Part shown: positions 22,332 through 34,830 of the stretch, in pieces
How the letters are laid out: every line of letters begins with the position of its first letter
How positions within the stretch are numbered: the first letter of the stretch is position 1
DNA from: Raillietiella orientalis
Taxonomy: Eukaryota
DNA: 64,000 bases
Direction: 5' to 3'
NCBI GenBank assembly: GCA_036172245.1
Contig: JAYWIR010000001.1
Span: 4,650,001 to 4,714,000, forward strand
Program-made: the position numbers and the translations under genes
The notes under the pieces: generated by a model
Seen by the model: the letters and a program-made list of their open reading frames with translations, nothing else
The model's database searches: none
Told to the model about the DNA's origin: nothing

Positions 22332-25300
22332 ATGCGTAGAATATGTGTAGAATGTGAACCAATACAGTAAAAGGGGTCGAAAGTTTTCTCTGCTGATTGC
22401 TGCTTTTTTACTTGCTCAGGCGCTCAATCAGCTTGAGGAAAAGGGAAACTTTTCTCATCCAGCATCAGCGTCGTCTGAGAGATTTCATCTCAGGCCGCTG
22501 CCTTGCTCGCAGCCATCACGAAAGGTGTGACCGTGACGTCATGGGCTTAGTGCTGACTTGCAAACTTGGAGGGTTCCGTGTAACTGGAGCTGCTTTCCCG
22601 GTTCGAGGTCCTTCCCCCCCGATCGCCCCCTCCCTGAGTGCAGATCCCGGAAGACTGGGAGTCTTTTTCCTGTAGCTCGTTGACGACCTTACCCTAGTCC
22701 TCTTCTCTTTCTCGGCTTCTTCCTTGTGGCCGGCTGCCTGCTTCGCCCGTCGCTACTAGGGCGAGGACGCTCCCTTCCTCCCTTCTCCCGTCTTCTCTTT
22801 TCCGAGGTCCGCTCGTGCTCCGACTCCCGGATCCGCTGCAATCGCCGGCGCCTCCAACACGAGCTGTCCCCCCTGGATCCAACAGGAGAGCTGCCATTTC
22901 AAACTGGCCTTCGGGAGCGATGCTGGTAGATCTTGATGGCCACACCGGCGCGTCCCCCGAAGAACAGATCCGTGGTGAAGCTGCCTTCTTTGGCTCGGCT
23001 GCTAAAACGAATTGCGAGCGTGGTCGTTTCCGCGACGACGCGCAGCGACGCGATAGGGACTGCTGCGACAGCCCTGCGCGCGCGAACTGACGTCTTCGGG
23101 AGTGGTCAGCAGAACCTTCGGATATTAATAGTTCTCGTGGGGGATCCTCTGATCCGCGCTCTTGATGATGGCCTTAGTTGAAATCGGAGGGTGGACCGCC
23201 CTCGTGGGTGGTGGATGGACAGAAGAATTCGTTGAAGCCACGAATGGGGGTTGTCACTGATATTGCCTGGAATCAATGATGCTTCCCGGAGTCCCGGATG
23301 CCGTCCCTTAGTAAGGAGGACGAAACGCGTGCACCCGTGGGAGCCAAAAGGGTCCGAAGATGTCCTCAGGGGAAGAAGCATCCTACGATGGAATCCGAGA
23401 TGGTGATCAGGAGGACGGGCAGCGTCTCCAGGATCCGCAGTCTCTGCGCGCCGCGCTCGCTCCGCCGTGCGGGTTCGCACCTGCGGATCATCTCCAGCAT
23501 GTGTGTTCGCAGCATCGCCTGAGGCGGACGTGGACGCCCTTCCGCTCCTCCAGTCGAAGCGGTCTGGCCGCCGATCTGCGAGGACTTCTTCTCAGGTGGT
23601 AGGTGAAGAAGAAAGAAACACCTTCTCAGGTGGGTGGAAAACGTCTCCCCGGGTATCAGCGCGAGCGAGGAAGGTGGTGGTCGAGCCTGCCAGCCAGCTG
23701 TCGCTGACCACTGTGGCGACTGCGCGTCATGAATGCCGCCGAGAGTGCGGCGGCACAAGACAAAAAAAACAAAACAAAGGAAAAGTGCGAAAAAAAGGGG
23801 GGGGAGGGGGAGGGGAGGGAGAGGGGAGGGGGAAAATCAATGAGAAAATTGAAAGGAACGGGCATCCCAATTTTCGTTCGGCTGCTGCCTTTATGGACCA
23901 TCGAAATGAAAAAATCCCACGAAACGGCGTTTCCCCCTTTCATTCGAAAAGCGCGACCACTGAGAAATTCATCCTCGATTGGCGTCCCTTTCCTGCTCTA
24001 CCTTTTTTCCCTGTCTTTTTTTTTTTTCCTCTTTCCTTCTTTTCCTCCTCCTCCTCTTCCCCGATTCGTCCATCCCCAGCCATCGGCGCGGTCCTGTCAA
24101 ATCCCTGATGTCACCAGGCTCTCTTCTTCCATTCCGTGCGCATCCGAATCCGAAAAGAGCTGAAATCACGGAGGAAAGTAACAACCCGGGAGCCCAAGGA
24201 CCGCTTCCCTATTGTCATGGGAAATGGGGAAACACGCAGCCCTCTATCCCAATTACGGTTCAACGATATTTCACAACAGAATCCAGGAGAAGGCCATGAC
24301 AGGCTCGATGTCGAGCGAAACGTTATTATCGTCAATTGGTCCTCGGGAAAAGGTAAGGACCCTATCGAGAAAAGATGCGCGGCTACAGCAATCGAACACA
24401 GGGAGTCGAAACTGGCTTCTTCCTCCCTCCCCCCCTCCTTCTTTCTCCTTTTTTTCTTCTTCCTTTTCATTCTGTTTTTTTTTTCCTTCTATTAATCCCT
24501 CTTTGCAAACGCCCTAGAAATCGAATCTGCACTCGGCAGCCTCTCACGCTCGGCGAGCAGATTTCCCTTTCGCGCGTTCGTGCGGAGAGCAAAGACTCCA
24601 GGCGAATCTGCCTGGAAACACACAGACCTCCGTTCCGCGCCGTCGCCCTCGGTTCTTCAGGGAACACGGGAGCGAAAAGAAAGCTCATCTGCGTGCTTCG
24701 TCCACGTTCTCGAGACGGAGAAACAAAAAGGGAAAACACGGAGGAAAGAGGGGGAGGAAAGAAAGCTCGTCCTACGCTTCTTCCCCCTAGGTTGCTGTGA
24801 TTCTGTTCCGTTGAGGAGGCGGGATGGAGGAGGGCGCTAACAGTTCGGCCCTCGGGCCTTAGAGATGAGCGGATGCTTGCACTTCGTCGGAGGGGAGGTC
24901 AGGTGGGACCGCCGTCCGTCGCGTGGCCGTTCAGACACGGCGGTTGTGGAAAATTGGGCTCGCGACTCGACGACAATGACGTCGCCTGACGGATTGGAAT
25001 GCCACGAGAGGGGATGACCGCCGGTTCAATCGTTGGGGTCGAATAGCAACCGCCTTTTCCCATTCGATTGGATTTGGTCTACACATCTCGTCTTCTGACG
25101 GCCAATGTTCTTTCCAACGGAACTCATGGTACTCTTGCGTCCTTGCTCACGCTGAGACCGCCCGGTTCTGTTGCCACCGGAACCCTCATGCGACGGATGA
25201 GGAGGTTGCTGAATGTCCAGTGAGAGGGTTTCTTCCGCTCATCGCTCGAGTCCTTCGGCGTCTTCGCTACTCCTTCGTTCCTCCGGCGAGATCCTTGCCT

Positions 25301-25399
25301 TCTCAGCTTCCTCTGCTCCCAGATCAGAGAGCCGGAAAAGAGCATGTACAGGGAAGCAAAAGAAGATTTTTCTTCCCTCTTCAGGAAGAACTTCCCAAA

Positions 25400-25645
25400 A
25401 CAGCAACAACGGCGGTGACGGCTCCTCCATGTGAGGTCAGCAGAAGCAGCCATGGCGCCTCGGTCATCGGCAGCGGCGCGGGAAACTCAGAAACGGGAGG
25501 TCATCTTTGAGATGTGAGGTCAGCTCAGAGATCGAAGGCCAACAACAATCGCGGTGATGGCGGCTCAGCGATGGAAGGTCAGCAGCAGCAGCGCCGGTGG
25601 TCCAGAGATGGAGGCCAGCAGCAGCGGTCTAACGATGGGAGGTGG
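25400..25645. repeat. degenerate minisatellite
   Basis: Recurrent GATG(T/G)(G/A)AGG(T/C)CAGCAGCAGC-like motif at irregular ~20-45-nt spacing. Confidence 0.55.
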
Positions 25646-28404
25646 GCAAAAGAATTTTTACAGCAATCCGCACGCGGTTGCTAGGGGCGAGGCAGCCGTG
25701 GTCTCTCCGGGAAAGCCGTTGGGAGAGGGGCGTCCTTGTCCTCCTCCCCTTCTTCTTAGTGCTGCTATTGGCACCGCTCTTCCTGGAAATCGGCGGCCGA
25801 CGAGTCTCCACTTCCTGGTAGAGGTCGTCGGCACCTTCGATCGGGGCGCTGGGGACCGTCTCCTTCTTCTTGCTCTCCCTGAGGTCTCAAACACCAAGAG
25901 GGATCGGCAGCCGGCAGCCGTCGCTCCGAAAGATGTCGGTGGCTGCAGGGGCAGTCCCCGGGATGCGGCTGTGCTGCCTGGCGACCGTGAACGCCAGTTC
26001 AACAAGAAAGCCGATGGTGAGGCGGCACGTACGCAGAGGTGCTGCCGGAGGAGCAGCATGGGAGCAAGGAGGCCCTGACGCACGAAACCTCTGGGTAACT
26101 CCCGGAAACAGTCTTCTCCCTCTCAGCCATTAGCTCCCCCTTCTTCCCTTTTCGAGCTTCCTGGAGGAGGAAGTCGAGCTGGCCCGAAGGGCGCTTTTCA
26201 GGCGGACGAAGAGGGCGGATTCTGCTTAGTGACACTAGGGACCCGGAGCTCTCCCTTTTCGGGGAAGGGGTCTCCAGGACAGGAAGAGTTCGAAGGGGGA
26301 GAGGCGAGGGTGGCCGGGGAGAAAGAAGGAGACGAGCTCGGCAAGACCTCGGTAGGTGACGAACGTCGCTCCTCCCCCCCACCAGTAGGACTCCCGTCTC
26401 CCTCACTCCATCCCCACAGTCCATCGAGATCCTCCCAGTCTCCCCTAGAGGTCAAAGTCTATCCGAGGGAGACATGAGAAGGAACGCGTGGACCGGGAGG
26501 AATGTCGAGACGGGGAAGCGGGGGGACGGAAACGGGAAGAAGAAGTGGGACGGGTTGCCTTCCGGCTGGAGTGTCCCTTCCAGTCCGCTCGAGAATGCTA
26601 GGAAGGGAGACGACCGTCCCGAACAGGCAGGACAGCCTGCCTCATCCTCCTCGGGAGGGAAAGGAAGGGACAGGAAGCTGGGACGGCAGAGGGGGGGGGG
26701 GGAAGAGAAGAGGGAAAACGGGAGCGGTCGTGGGTCCCGGAAGCAAAAAATTCTGCTCGGGGCTTCAGATGGAGATAGAGCTCCATTTCCCCTCCCCCTT
26801 CCCATCCAGGGAGAAAACAGAAGGGTTGGGAGGTGGGGTGCGGACGACGCAGAAGGCTCGGGAGCGCTACTCGTCTTTGCCTGAGTGCATCCTCCGGGAG
26901 ATGGGAGGTTTCGCTAGTAGGCGCGCAGGAAACATGAAAGCAAGGAAGGAGCATTACTCGAAGGAGCAGCGACGAGTGGGATTAGTTTCTTAGAGATGAC
27001 GGCCACGCTCTGTGCCCTTCCGTGATCCGAGGAGGGCGCGAGCAGCCTGTCGTCCCGGTTTTTAGCTGCTTCCAGCAGAGCCTTACTGACCTCCCGCTGG
27101 AGGATAACCCGAGGTGACCCTTTGCGCTCTGGGACATCCAATCACTCCTTCCTCCCTTCTTTTCCAGAAAGGCGAGCCAGCCGGGGCACATGAAACCATA
27201 CGGGATGCGCCACAGAGGAGCAGGCGGATCGTGCCAAGGACGGCAAGGACTTCCTCGACATTGCCGGGCAAGAGAGAGGGATGGAGAGAAGGTTCAGGAA
27301 GGTTGGAGTAGGACCCACGTGCGCTCCGGGAGAGCGGGTGGAGGCAAGCCGGTGGAGCCGCACGCCAGGTCTCCCTGTGTCCCTCGCCCGCTCGCCGCGC
27401 CCCGACGGAATCCTCCATTGTTGTTCCAGTTTTCGAAAAGCGTCCTCTTTGCCACGCAAGCTGGGGAGAGCGCAGGAGGAGATGAATTCATCCCTGCACG
27501 TCACTCATGTTGAACGGAATTCCCTATTCATGCCTGCAGCTACTGCATGTGACGACACCCAAAGGTCCGCTTCCTCGCTCCCATTCATCACGCATAGAAA
27601 GGGCCCACGATTTCCCTTTCTCCCTTCTGACCGCAAGTTCATTCACTAATCGAACCTATTTATCACGGATCAAATTATTCACAAACAGGAAATGAAAAGA
27701 AGAAGAAGAACGGGGGGGAAAAAATAAAATCGATCTCTTGTTGCAGCAGACGCGATCAGTGAATCAGAAGAGCGCCAGATGCTGAGGAAATGCAACAGGC
27801 CGTGCGCGCCGATTCTTTCGCGCTGGCTGTGGCAGCTCCTGGTCGCGCTAGGCGAACCAAGCCGCTGCCCTTGCCGTGAGGTCGAGGACCGAAGGGGAAG
27901 ACACCGCTCTCCCGAGTGGTGACGAGGTCAGGTGTGTCCTCTCACCAAGAGAGACCCCTGACGGTTGCCTCGAGAGCGGTCGCGCCCCGGACCAAGCTTC
28001 GAGTGGACCCTCCAGAGGCCGCCAAAGCAGAAATGGAGGAAGAGAAGCTCTCGCTGTAGAGCATGGGCATGCCCGACCGTTCCTTCCGATCTTCTGAACG
28101 TAGAAATCCACGAAGAGATTTTCCTTTTCTTCTTTTCGGCATGCAATCTGACCACCTTTTCGCCGTGGGCATGGAGGAACGGGACACAAAAGACTCTCGT
28201 CCCAGTTTCGTTTTGGGAACATAGGAGAATTGGCTCGGGGAGTCTCTTTCTTGTGGCTCCTGGCTGACTGACGTTCCCAGAGGCATGCTGTTTCTATCAA
28301 GCCCTTCCGGGAGCCAGGCGTTCACCACAGGCTTTGTCTGTCCATCCCTCGCGCTGGGCTGCCGTGAGAGAGCTGCAGTCCTCATCGTTCTGTTCCAATT
28401 TTTA

Positions 28405-29205
28405 CCGCGTTGTCGGCCGTGTAGCTGCGACCTTTGCTCTCGTGACACCAAACGTCGCGGGTTCGAATCTCGCCCGGGAAATCTCGACGCCGAGAAATGG
28501 GTACATCGTGGGTTTCAAGTCTCCCCGCAAGATGACGCTGGTTGGCCTGTAGTGGCACCGGTGGAGGACGGATGTTCCCGTTGACTGGCCGGGATTGGAA
28601 GTGACCCTCCAAGGTCCTTCCAGGAATCAAGGAGTGCCGGTTCCCTTCGGGACTCCCCTTGGTTGTAAAAATGGAGCCATTCCGTCCCTCGGTGATGGAC
28701 CCTCCATCGCGTACCATGGAATCTGTTGATACCCCCATCGGGGAGTCTTCCTCCAGAGTGGACGAAGAGCGCTGCTCCCTTCGGAGAGGATCCTTCAGAA
28801 AAATTGGGAAGCGTCCTTTCGGGGACTCTCTTCAGGGGATTAACACGCAGCATATTCTTTCCGGGATCCCTCCTGAGGAGGGACGAGGGATAGCCCCCTC
28901 CAAAGTGCCCCTCCGGAGACAACAAAGAAGAGGTTCTCTTCGAGGTTCCCTTCCCAAGCGTTAGGGGAACGGCCTCCTTCCTCCGGAGCCTTCCTGGATT
29001 CATAGGGTGGTCCCTTCGAGGTACGCTTTAAACTTGAAGGGTTAACACGCACCCTCGGGTGTCGTGGACGGTGTCAAAGAGCTTCGTGAGCATTGAGCTC
29101 AGGAGGAGAACGGTTCTTCAGCACTCCTTAAGATCCAAAAATAAAAGGAAAAAAGCTGGAAGGAAAGCAGCGAAAAAGGCAAAACCCAAAGGATTTCCAC
29201 CATCC
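28405..29205 (+). mobile_element. SINE-like element, full length (copy 5, hairpin-module subfamily)
   Basis: CCGCGTTGTCGGCCGTGTAG head, GGTTCGAATCT at 28460-28470, and a 3' end matching copy 4. Confidence 0.9.
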
Positions 29206-30199
29206 ATATAACCGTAGGAGACCATGAACTTTGACTTTTTGACTTCTTTGGAACGCGGACGGAACGGGGTGTTTCTTTGGAAGGCTTTCTGCCGCATCTG
29301 TGGATCGGCAGAGCGATGGAATGTGGAGTCACCCCAATGACTGATGCCGACTTTTGCTAGCGCTTTCCTTTCGACTGCTCTGCTACCAATCAGTTTCTCT
29401 ACATTTAAAAGGGAACGCGATATTCAAAACGACAAGAGGACAGGTTCGAAAGGTCAGGTTATATATTGCCGTTGGATGCATGGGGGACACAATAGCGCTG
29501 GCAAAGGCAAGAGTACGGCAGATAGGTAAGAGCTATCGGTCTTCTTCCCCACTGAAAGCAGATAAGGGGTATGTGGAACAGTCGAGAGGTCACGAATGCC
29601 GATGGGAGAAGAGCAGTCATCCAGTCTGCAGTGCATCTCGCCGGAGAACAGGCCAGCAGGTCCATGGGAAGATTTGCAGTATACAGTGGGAAGCGCCCTT
29701 TTGTTTCGACAAAATTCAATCAAGATTTCCAGGTATCTTCTCAGATCCCGTTCTCAAAATTCACAGCCGAGATGTCCGACCTTCAGAAGTTATCAACAAA
29801 AACAAAAAAAGAAGGAAAAGACTAGAAGGTCATCGAAAATCGCACGTTTTGGAATCCACAGAGCGACGGAACTACCATCTGCAACTGTTGTGTCAGAGAC
29901 CTTCAGAGACCTAAGTGTCCTGGAAAGACGTAAAAAGATAACGGGTGAGGAGAACTGCCGGGGAGCTCATCGAATCAGACGGCGCTTCTGAAGTTTGGGA
30001 AGAGTTCTCGGGTTCGCAACGCCCCCTATTACCGGCAGCAGGCTCGGAGAAGCCGCAAGAGATCGGAACTTTCAGCTTCAAAGGGATGCGCCTTTGCGGA
30101 GCACCTGAGCCTCCTAGAGTCATATTCTCGCTTACCACTTCCTGATTCTCGCTTATCAACCTCCTTCTTATGCGCGGACTCGCCTCAGGAAGCCTGCAG

Positions 30200-31120
30200 G
30201 AAGCTCAAAGGTCTCTCGTGTGGTCTCTGCCCTTGGCGCGGTGCCGGTCACATTCTCTGTGCCAGGAAACGAGCGTATGAAGGAGGCAAGCATTGAACGG
30301 AGGGAATTTGTTTCTGGAGACCACATCATGCCACCCCAGGAGTGGACCCTCCACCAAGGAAGCACCTAGAACTGAAGAAGGAAAACGCGGTGAACATGCT
30401 AGACCGTTCTTCTGGAAAGAGTAGTAGTTTGGAAGAGTAGCTGAAAACGGATGAGAGTAGATGCAGGTCTTCTTCCGTGTCCCATCCCATCCCGGTGCAC
30501 GGTATCAGATGCCTTCTCCGTGGGGTAGACAATGCCGGTGGCGTTCAAACCCTGCAGTGGCTGAGAAATCTCCTGCTGAGCATCTCTCATCGAGCAGCAG
30601 TCATCCTTACAGGATGAGAAGTGCTCGATGGTTGTCCTCGAACGTTAGAGAATGCAATAGGACCCATCAGCTTGGCTACTTACCAGATGGTGGACCAGAC
30701 CTGAAGGAACATCTGTATTCTACACGAGGGTCACTGCAAGACGTCTGCACTCACCCATTTCCCGCAAGAACACCCTTCGCGGCCTCGAGAGATGCGATCT
30801 ACCTACTACTGCTTCCCGGCTCACATCGAGGGTGGATCCTCGAAGCCCTCGGCTAAAATGTCCAGAAGACCAGTCAGGAGAGGCCGTGCGCGCGGTCAGA
30901 GGCAGAGTCGATCTGGCAGCTGCCGGATCTCGGCATGTGAGGATGCGCAGCCCGGAGGCTGCACCCCATGCTCGTGCCTAGAGGCGAGTGATTGCAGCTG
31001 CTTGCCTCCCCCAAAGCTGGCGAGATGGTCCGTGATAGGAGGGCTCCAGTCGATGACCTGGTGGGTGAGAATGGAAGGAACGCTTATCCTAAGGGTAATT
31101 CAGAAATTCACGGAGGTATG
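30200..31120 (-). mobile_element. decayed LINE reverse-transcriptase core
   Basis: Minus strand gives, in the correct order, VIDWS...LASFGGG (RVDW...LxxFGFG), PLLTGLLDILAEG (PLSPxLFxLxxE), SADV (YADD position) and DFSATAG (F...SG). Confidence 0.5.
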
Positions 31121-32779
31121 CGAGGTGGCGATTTCCTTCATCTCCAGGTCACGTAGGGGGAAAAGGGAGCTCCCGACCAGGAATGGAGGGAGAGGAAGAG
31201 GAGGTGCGGAGGAAGAGAAGCTCCTCCTTCACCTCCTCTCCTTCCTCTTTCTTTCTTCCTCTGCGATCTGGCTGAAGGCCCGCCGTGAAAGCGAATGGAG
31301 TTTCTCGGCATTTCCGGTGAAAGTTCCAAGATTCCTCCCCGAGCTTTCTAGTAGACGCCTCTTCTCTGCTGCCAGCAGACCGCCATCATGCTGGTGCACT
31401 GGGCACTCCCCCGAGACGAGGAACGCCGCACGTCTCGGCGAGGAGGGTGCCCAAGGAATGCAGATCGGGAACAGAGTTCCTGCAAAAGACAAACGTAGTT
31501 CCCCAGGAAGGGGTCACCGATTCGCAGGTCGGCTACTCAGAAGGTTCAGAGAGGGAGGAAGAAGGCAATAGATGAATAAAGTGGGAAATGGACAGAGATT
31601 CTTGGCTCCTAACGCTCCTTCACTTCCAAAGCCTCCTGAAGGTGCAGCTGAGTGGACTGCGGTCCTCACAAAGGCGGCTGAAAGGCGGGAGACTTCTTGT
31701 TGTCGCGGGCGACATTCCAGCGTGAGGTAGGGTGCCACGACGGCTCACCGACGCAAACCGACGTCTCTATAGAGCCGCCGCACGAAGGCCCGCTGCGGGA
31801 GAAAAGCGCCTCAGGAAGCGCCCAGAAGTGTCCTAGGAGTGCAGCAGTGCGGTTACCAGTTGCTGCCTTGGAGGACACTGCAGCAGATGCAGGAAGCGAT
31901 CTGATCCTCCCGCACCTGGAATACTTTGAGGTTTTCCAGGGAACCAGAGATAGCGCTCGCTGCGCTGGAAGCCCCGGCGAAGGAAAGGAATCACCCCGTG
32001 CTGCTATTGGATGGGAAGAGGTGGCGATTTCCCGCAGCTTCCGCCATTTCCTTGAACTGTCCAGCTTCTTCTTCTCTAAGGCATGTGACAGACGTTCAAG
32101 GATGGACTGTGGGTGCTGCTTTACGAATTCGTTTCCGAGGCCGAACCCGCAGCCTTTCGCTCGGCGCACCGCGAGTTTTCCCATCTTTGCGCCGCTGAGT
32201 CTACTCGGTTGACGCTGCTTTCGACCCCGTAATAATGGCTGGAAAGCTGCGCCGCTTGCTGGCTTCTTGACTGCGTGGGGTCTGCGCTCGGCTGTTGGAA
32301 GGGAGCCCTAGCAGTGGATGCTGCCTTGGTCTGCTGTTATCTGCATGCGAGAGAGAGCTGTGGATGCTCATGGGAAAAGAGAAGCGATCGCCTTCGGAAG
32401 ACAAAGAGGATCTGCAGGTGCGCCGACCCGCGCTCATGCCGCCCATGAGTGCTGAGTGCTTCCCTCTCGGCATCCTCTTGCATGGGAATCCCATTGCCGG
32501 AAGTGAACCGAGGGTCCCATCGGTTGAGGGTGCTCCGGAGGTCAGAATGTAACTGCGAAGCAGCAGCCGTCCTAGCGCTGTTTGCAGCCGTTTGGTCTCC
32601 AAGACGGTCCAACCGGAGCATGATCGCCTGCCAACGTCCCCATCGGCCCCCTAGGTGCAAGAGGAACCGCCATCTTCACAACACAGGGTCTGGAAGGCGC
32701 CGTTCCCCTGCCCTTGTCCGCTTTCGGCATTCCGCCAATCTCTCCGCGCGCACGATTCCCGTCGAGGGGGGGAAGGAGA

Positions 32780-33135
32780 ATGTATTCCTCCTCCTCTTCC
32801 CCTTTCTCCCCTCTCTGAGGAAGAGCCTCCCCGTTTTCCAGGAAGTGAAGTATCAGACCCTCTCTTCCTTCCTTCCTCCTCGCTGTCTTCTACTCTTCCC
32901 ATCTCCCCTCCTCTTCCTGCCTTCGTCCATCCCCCTTCTTCCATCTCCATTCTCCTCTTCCTTCTCTTTCTCCCTCCTCTTCCATTCCTTTTTTTCCTCT
33001 TCTTCTTTCTCTAGTTCCTTCTTCCTCCTTTCCACTTCCTCTCTTCCTCTTCCTCTGCTCCTCCTCTTTTTCCTCTTACCACTTTATTCCTCCTTTCCTC
33101 CTCTGCTCCTCCTTCCTTTCTCTTCTTCTGCTTGC
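32780..33135. repeat. polypyrimidine (CT-rich) low-complexity tract
   Basis: Almost pure C/T on the plus strand (TCC/TTC/CTC runs). Confidence 0.9.
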
Positions 33136-34664
33136 CCCATTTGACTCCTCTTTCAGTCCTCTTCTCGTCTTCCAGCAATCGCCGCCGTGCAGTGCCGCAC
33201 CGAAGGAAGACATTCGCAACTGCCGCCAGCAGCCGGGTAGACGCAGACCGCGGGCACCCGTGGTCGCGTTTGCGCAGAAGGCGCTTCCGTGAGGTCCGCA
33301 TGGCGGGGGAGGGGAGAGAGGAAAAAGAGAGGAGTGAATTGTTCGGGAAGTTTCCGGGATGCGAGGTCGCATCTCCTGCCTTGCGTGAGTTCCGTGCTCG
33401 CGCCGCTCTCCCGCGCCCTTCCTGTGGCGGCAGCACGAGGGGTGTCCCGGACGGGCGCGCAATCGGGGGCTGATCGATTCTCGGTTTATCCGCGGCAGAT
33501 GCTGCGTCAAAATAGCAGACCCCGTGGAAATCAGAAGATGGCCGTAATGGGCTGTGCGTGGGATCTGCCGGTCCCGTGAATTCATATCCTCAGCGGGAGG
33601 AAATGGGGCTTTAAGTGAAAAGCGATCGGGGTTTCACCCCCCCCCCCCTCCCTCTCACACACACAGCTCAGAAAAAAAAAAAAAACGGAAAAAAGCGAAG
33701 AAAATAGGGAGTACGTCATCCTCCTTTTTTCTTTTCTTTCTACTGGGGACTTAATCGGATCGGGGGGATTTCATTTCCAGGACGGAATCCAGGAAATCAG
33801 ACGGAACAGGAGATCGAGCAGCCGTGGCCGCAGTCCCGATTGTAGTCCAAGGGATGTTGAGGGAGGAGGGATGGGGATCTTTTGTGCTGACGGAGGACGA
33901 GAACTCCCTCCTTTTTTGTCCTTTTTTTCTTTTTCCCGTTGCCCTCCTCCCCCGCCGAAGAAAGGGAGGAGCAGAAGGAGGAGGGGGAATCAATTTCCGC
34001 CCTTCGGTCTCCCCCTCTCCCTGAGCGCACCGCCACTCCCTTCCTCGGTGAAGGGATGTGGAGGGGAACAGCGACCGAAGCGAGGGTCTCCCGACAACCT
34101 CCTGGAGGCGCACCCCGGGAGCCGCGGAGACGGGCGAGTAAATGCCCTCGTTGTCCCCTTTCTAGCCCCTAAAGCTCTGCGCAAACTCCGAGTCCTTTTC
34201 ATCTCCCCTCTCCGGATACTTCAGCAAGAGGCTCGCGCGCGCGACCCCAGGCAAAAGAGGAAGAGCAGTCGGCGGCTGCTGCTATTTCAAATGACCGTGG
34301 CGACAGCTCCCGACTCCTCGCAGAACCACGTGACGGAGCCAGAAGCGTGCAAAGAAAGAAGGAAGGGGGAGGGGCCGCACGGTGCTTGCGGTCCGCTGGA
34401 AATCGTCCCGAGCTCACGGAGGGGGAGGGAGGGAAAGTGAAGTTGGAGGAAAGGCACGCTTTTCGAGCCGTCTCCTCCCTCGGAACCCCGGAAGCGTCGC
34501 GTGTTCCCGTCCGACCAGTAGCGGGCGCTCGCGCAGCCTGACGTTACGTAAGCATCGGTCTGTCTCGGTCGAAAGACGCCCGGGGGTCTTTTGCCGTAGA
34601 AGAGCGAATGTTCAGTCTTAAGGAGCCATTGAAAAGTCATCTGCAGCTAAAAGTGGACGTGTGT

Positions 34665-34830
34665 CGTCTTCCTCTCTCCTCTTCCTCTCTACCTCTCTTC
34701 TGTCTCTCTTTCCTCTCTTCTCCTCCTCCTTGTCCTTCCTTTCTCCTCTTCCACCTCCTTCTCCTCTTTCTCCTTCCTCTCTCCTTTTCATCCTCTCCTC
34801 CTCTCTTCTCTTCCTCTTTTCTGCCTTCCC
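34665..34830. repeat. polypyrimidine (CT-rich) low-complexity tract
   Basis: Almost pure C/T on the plus strand. Confidence 0.9.
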
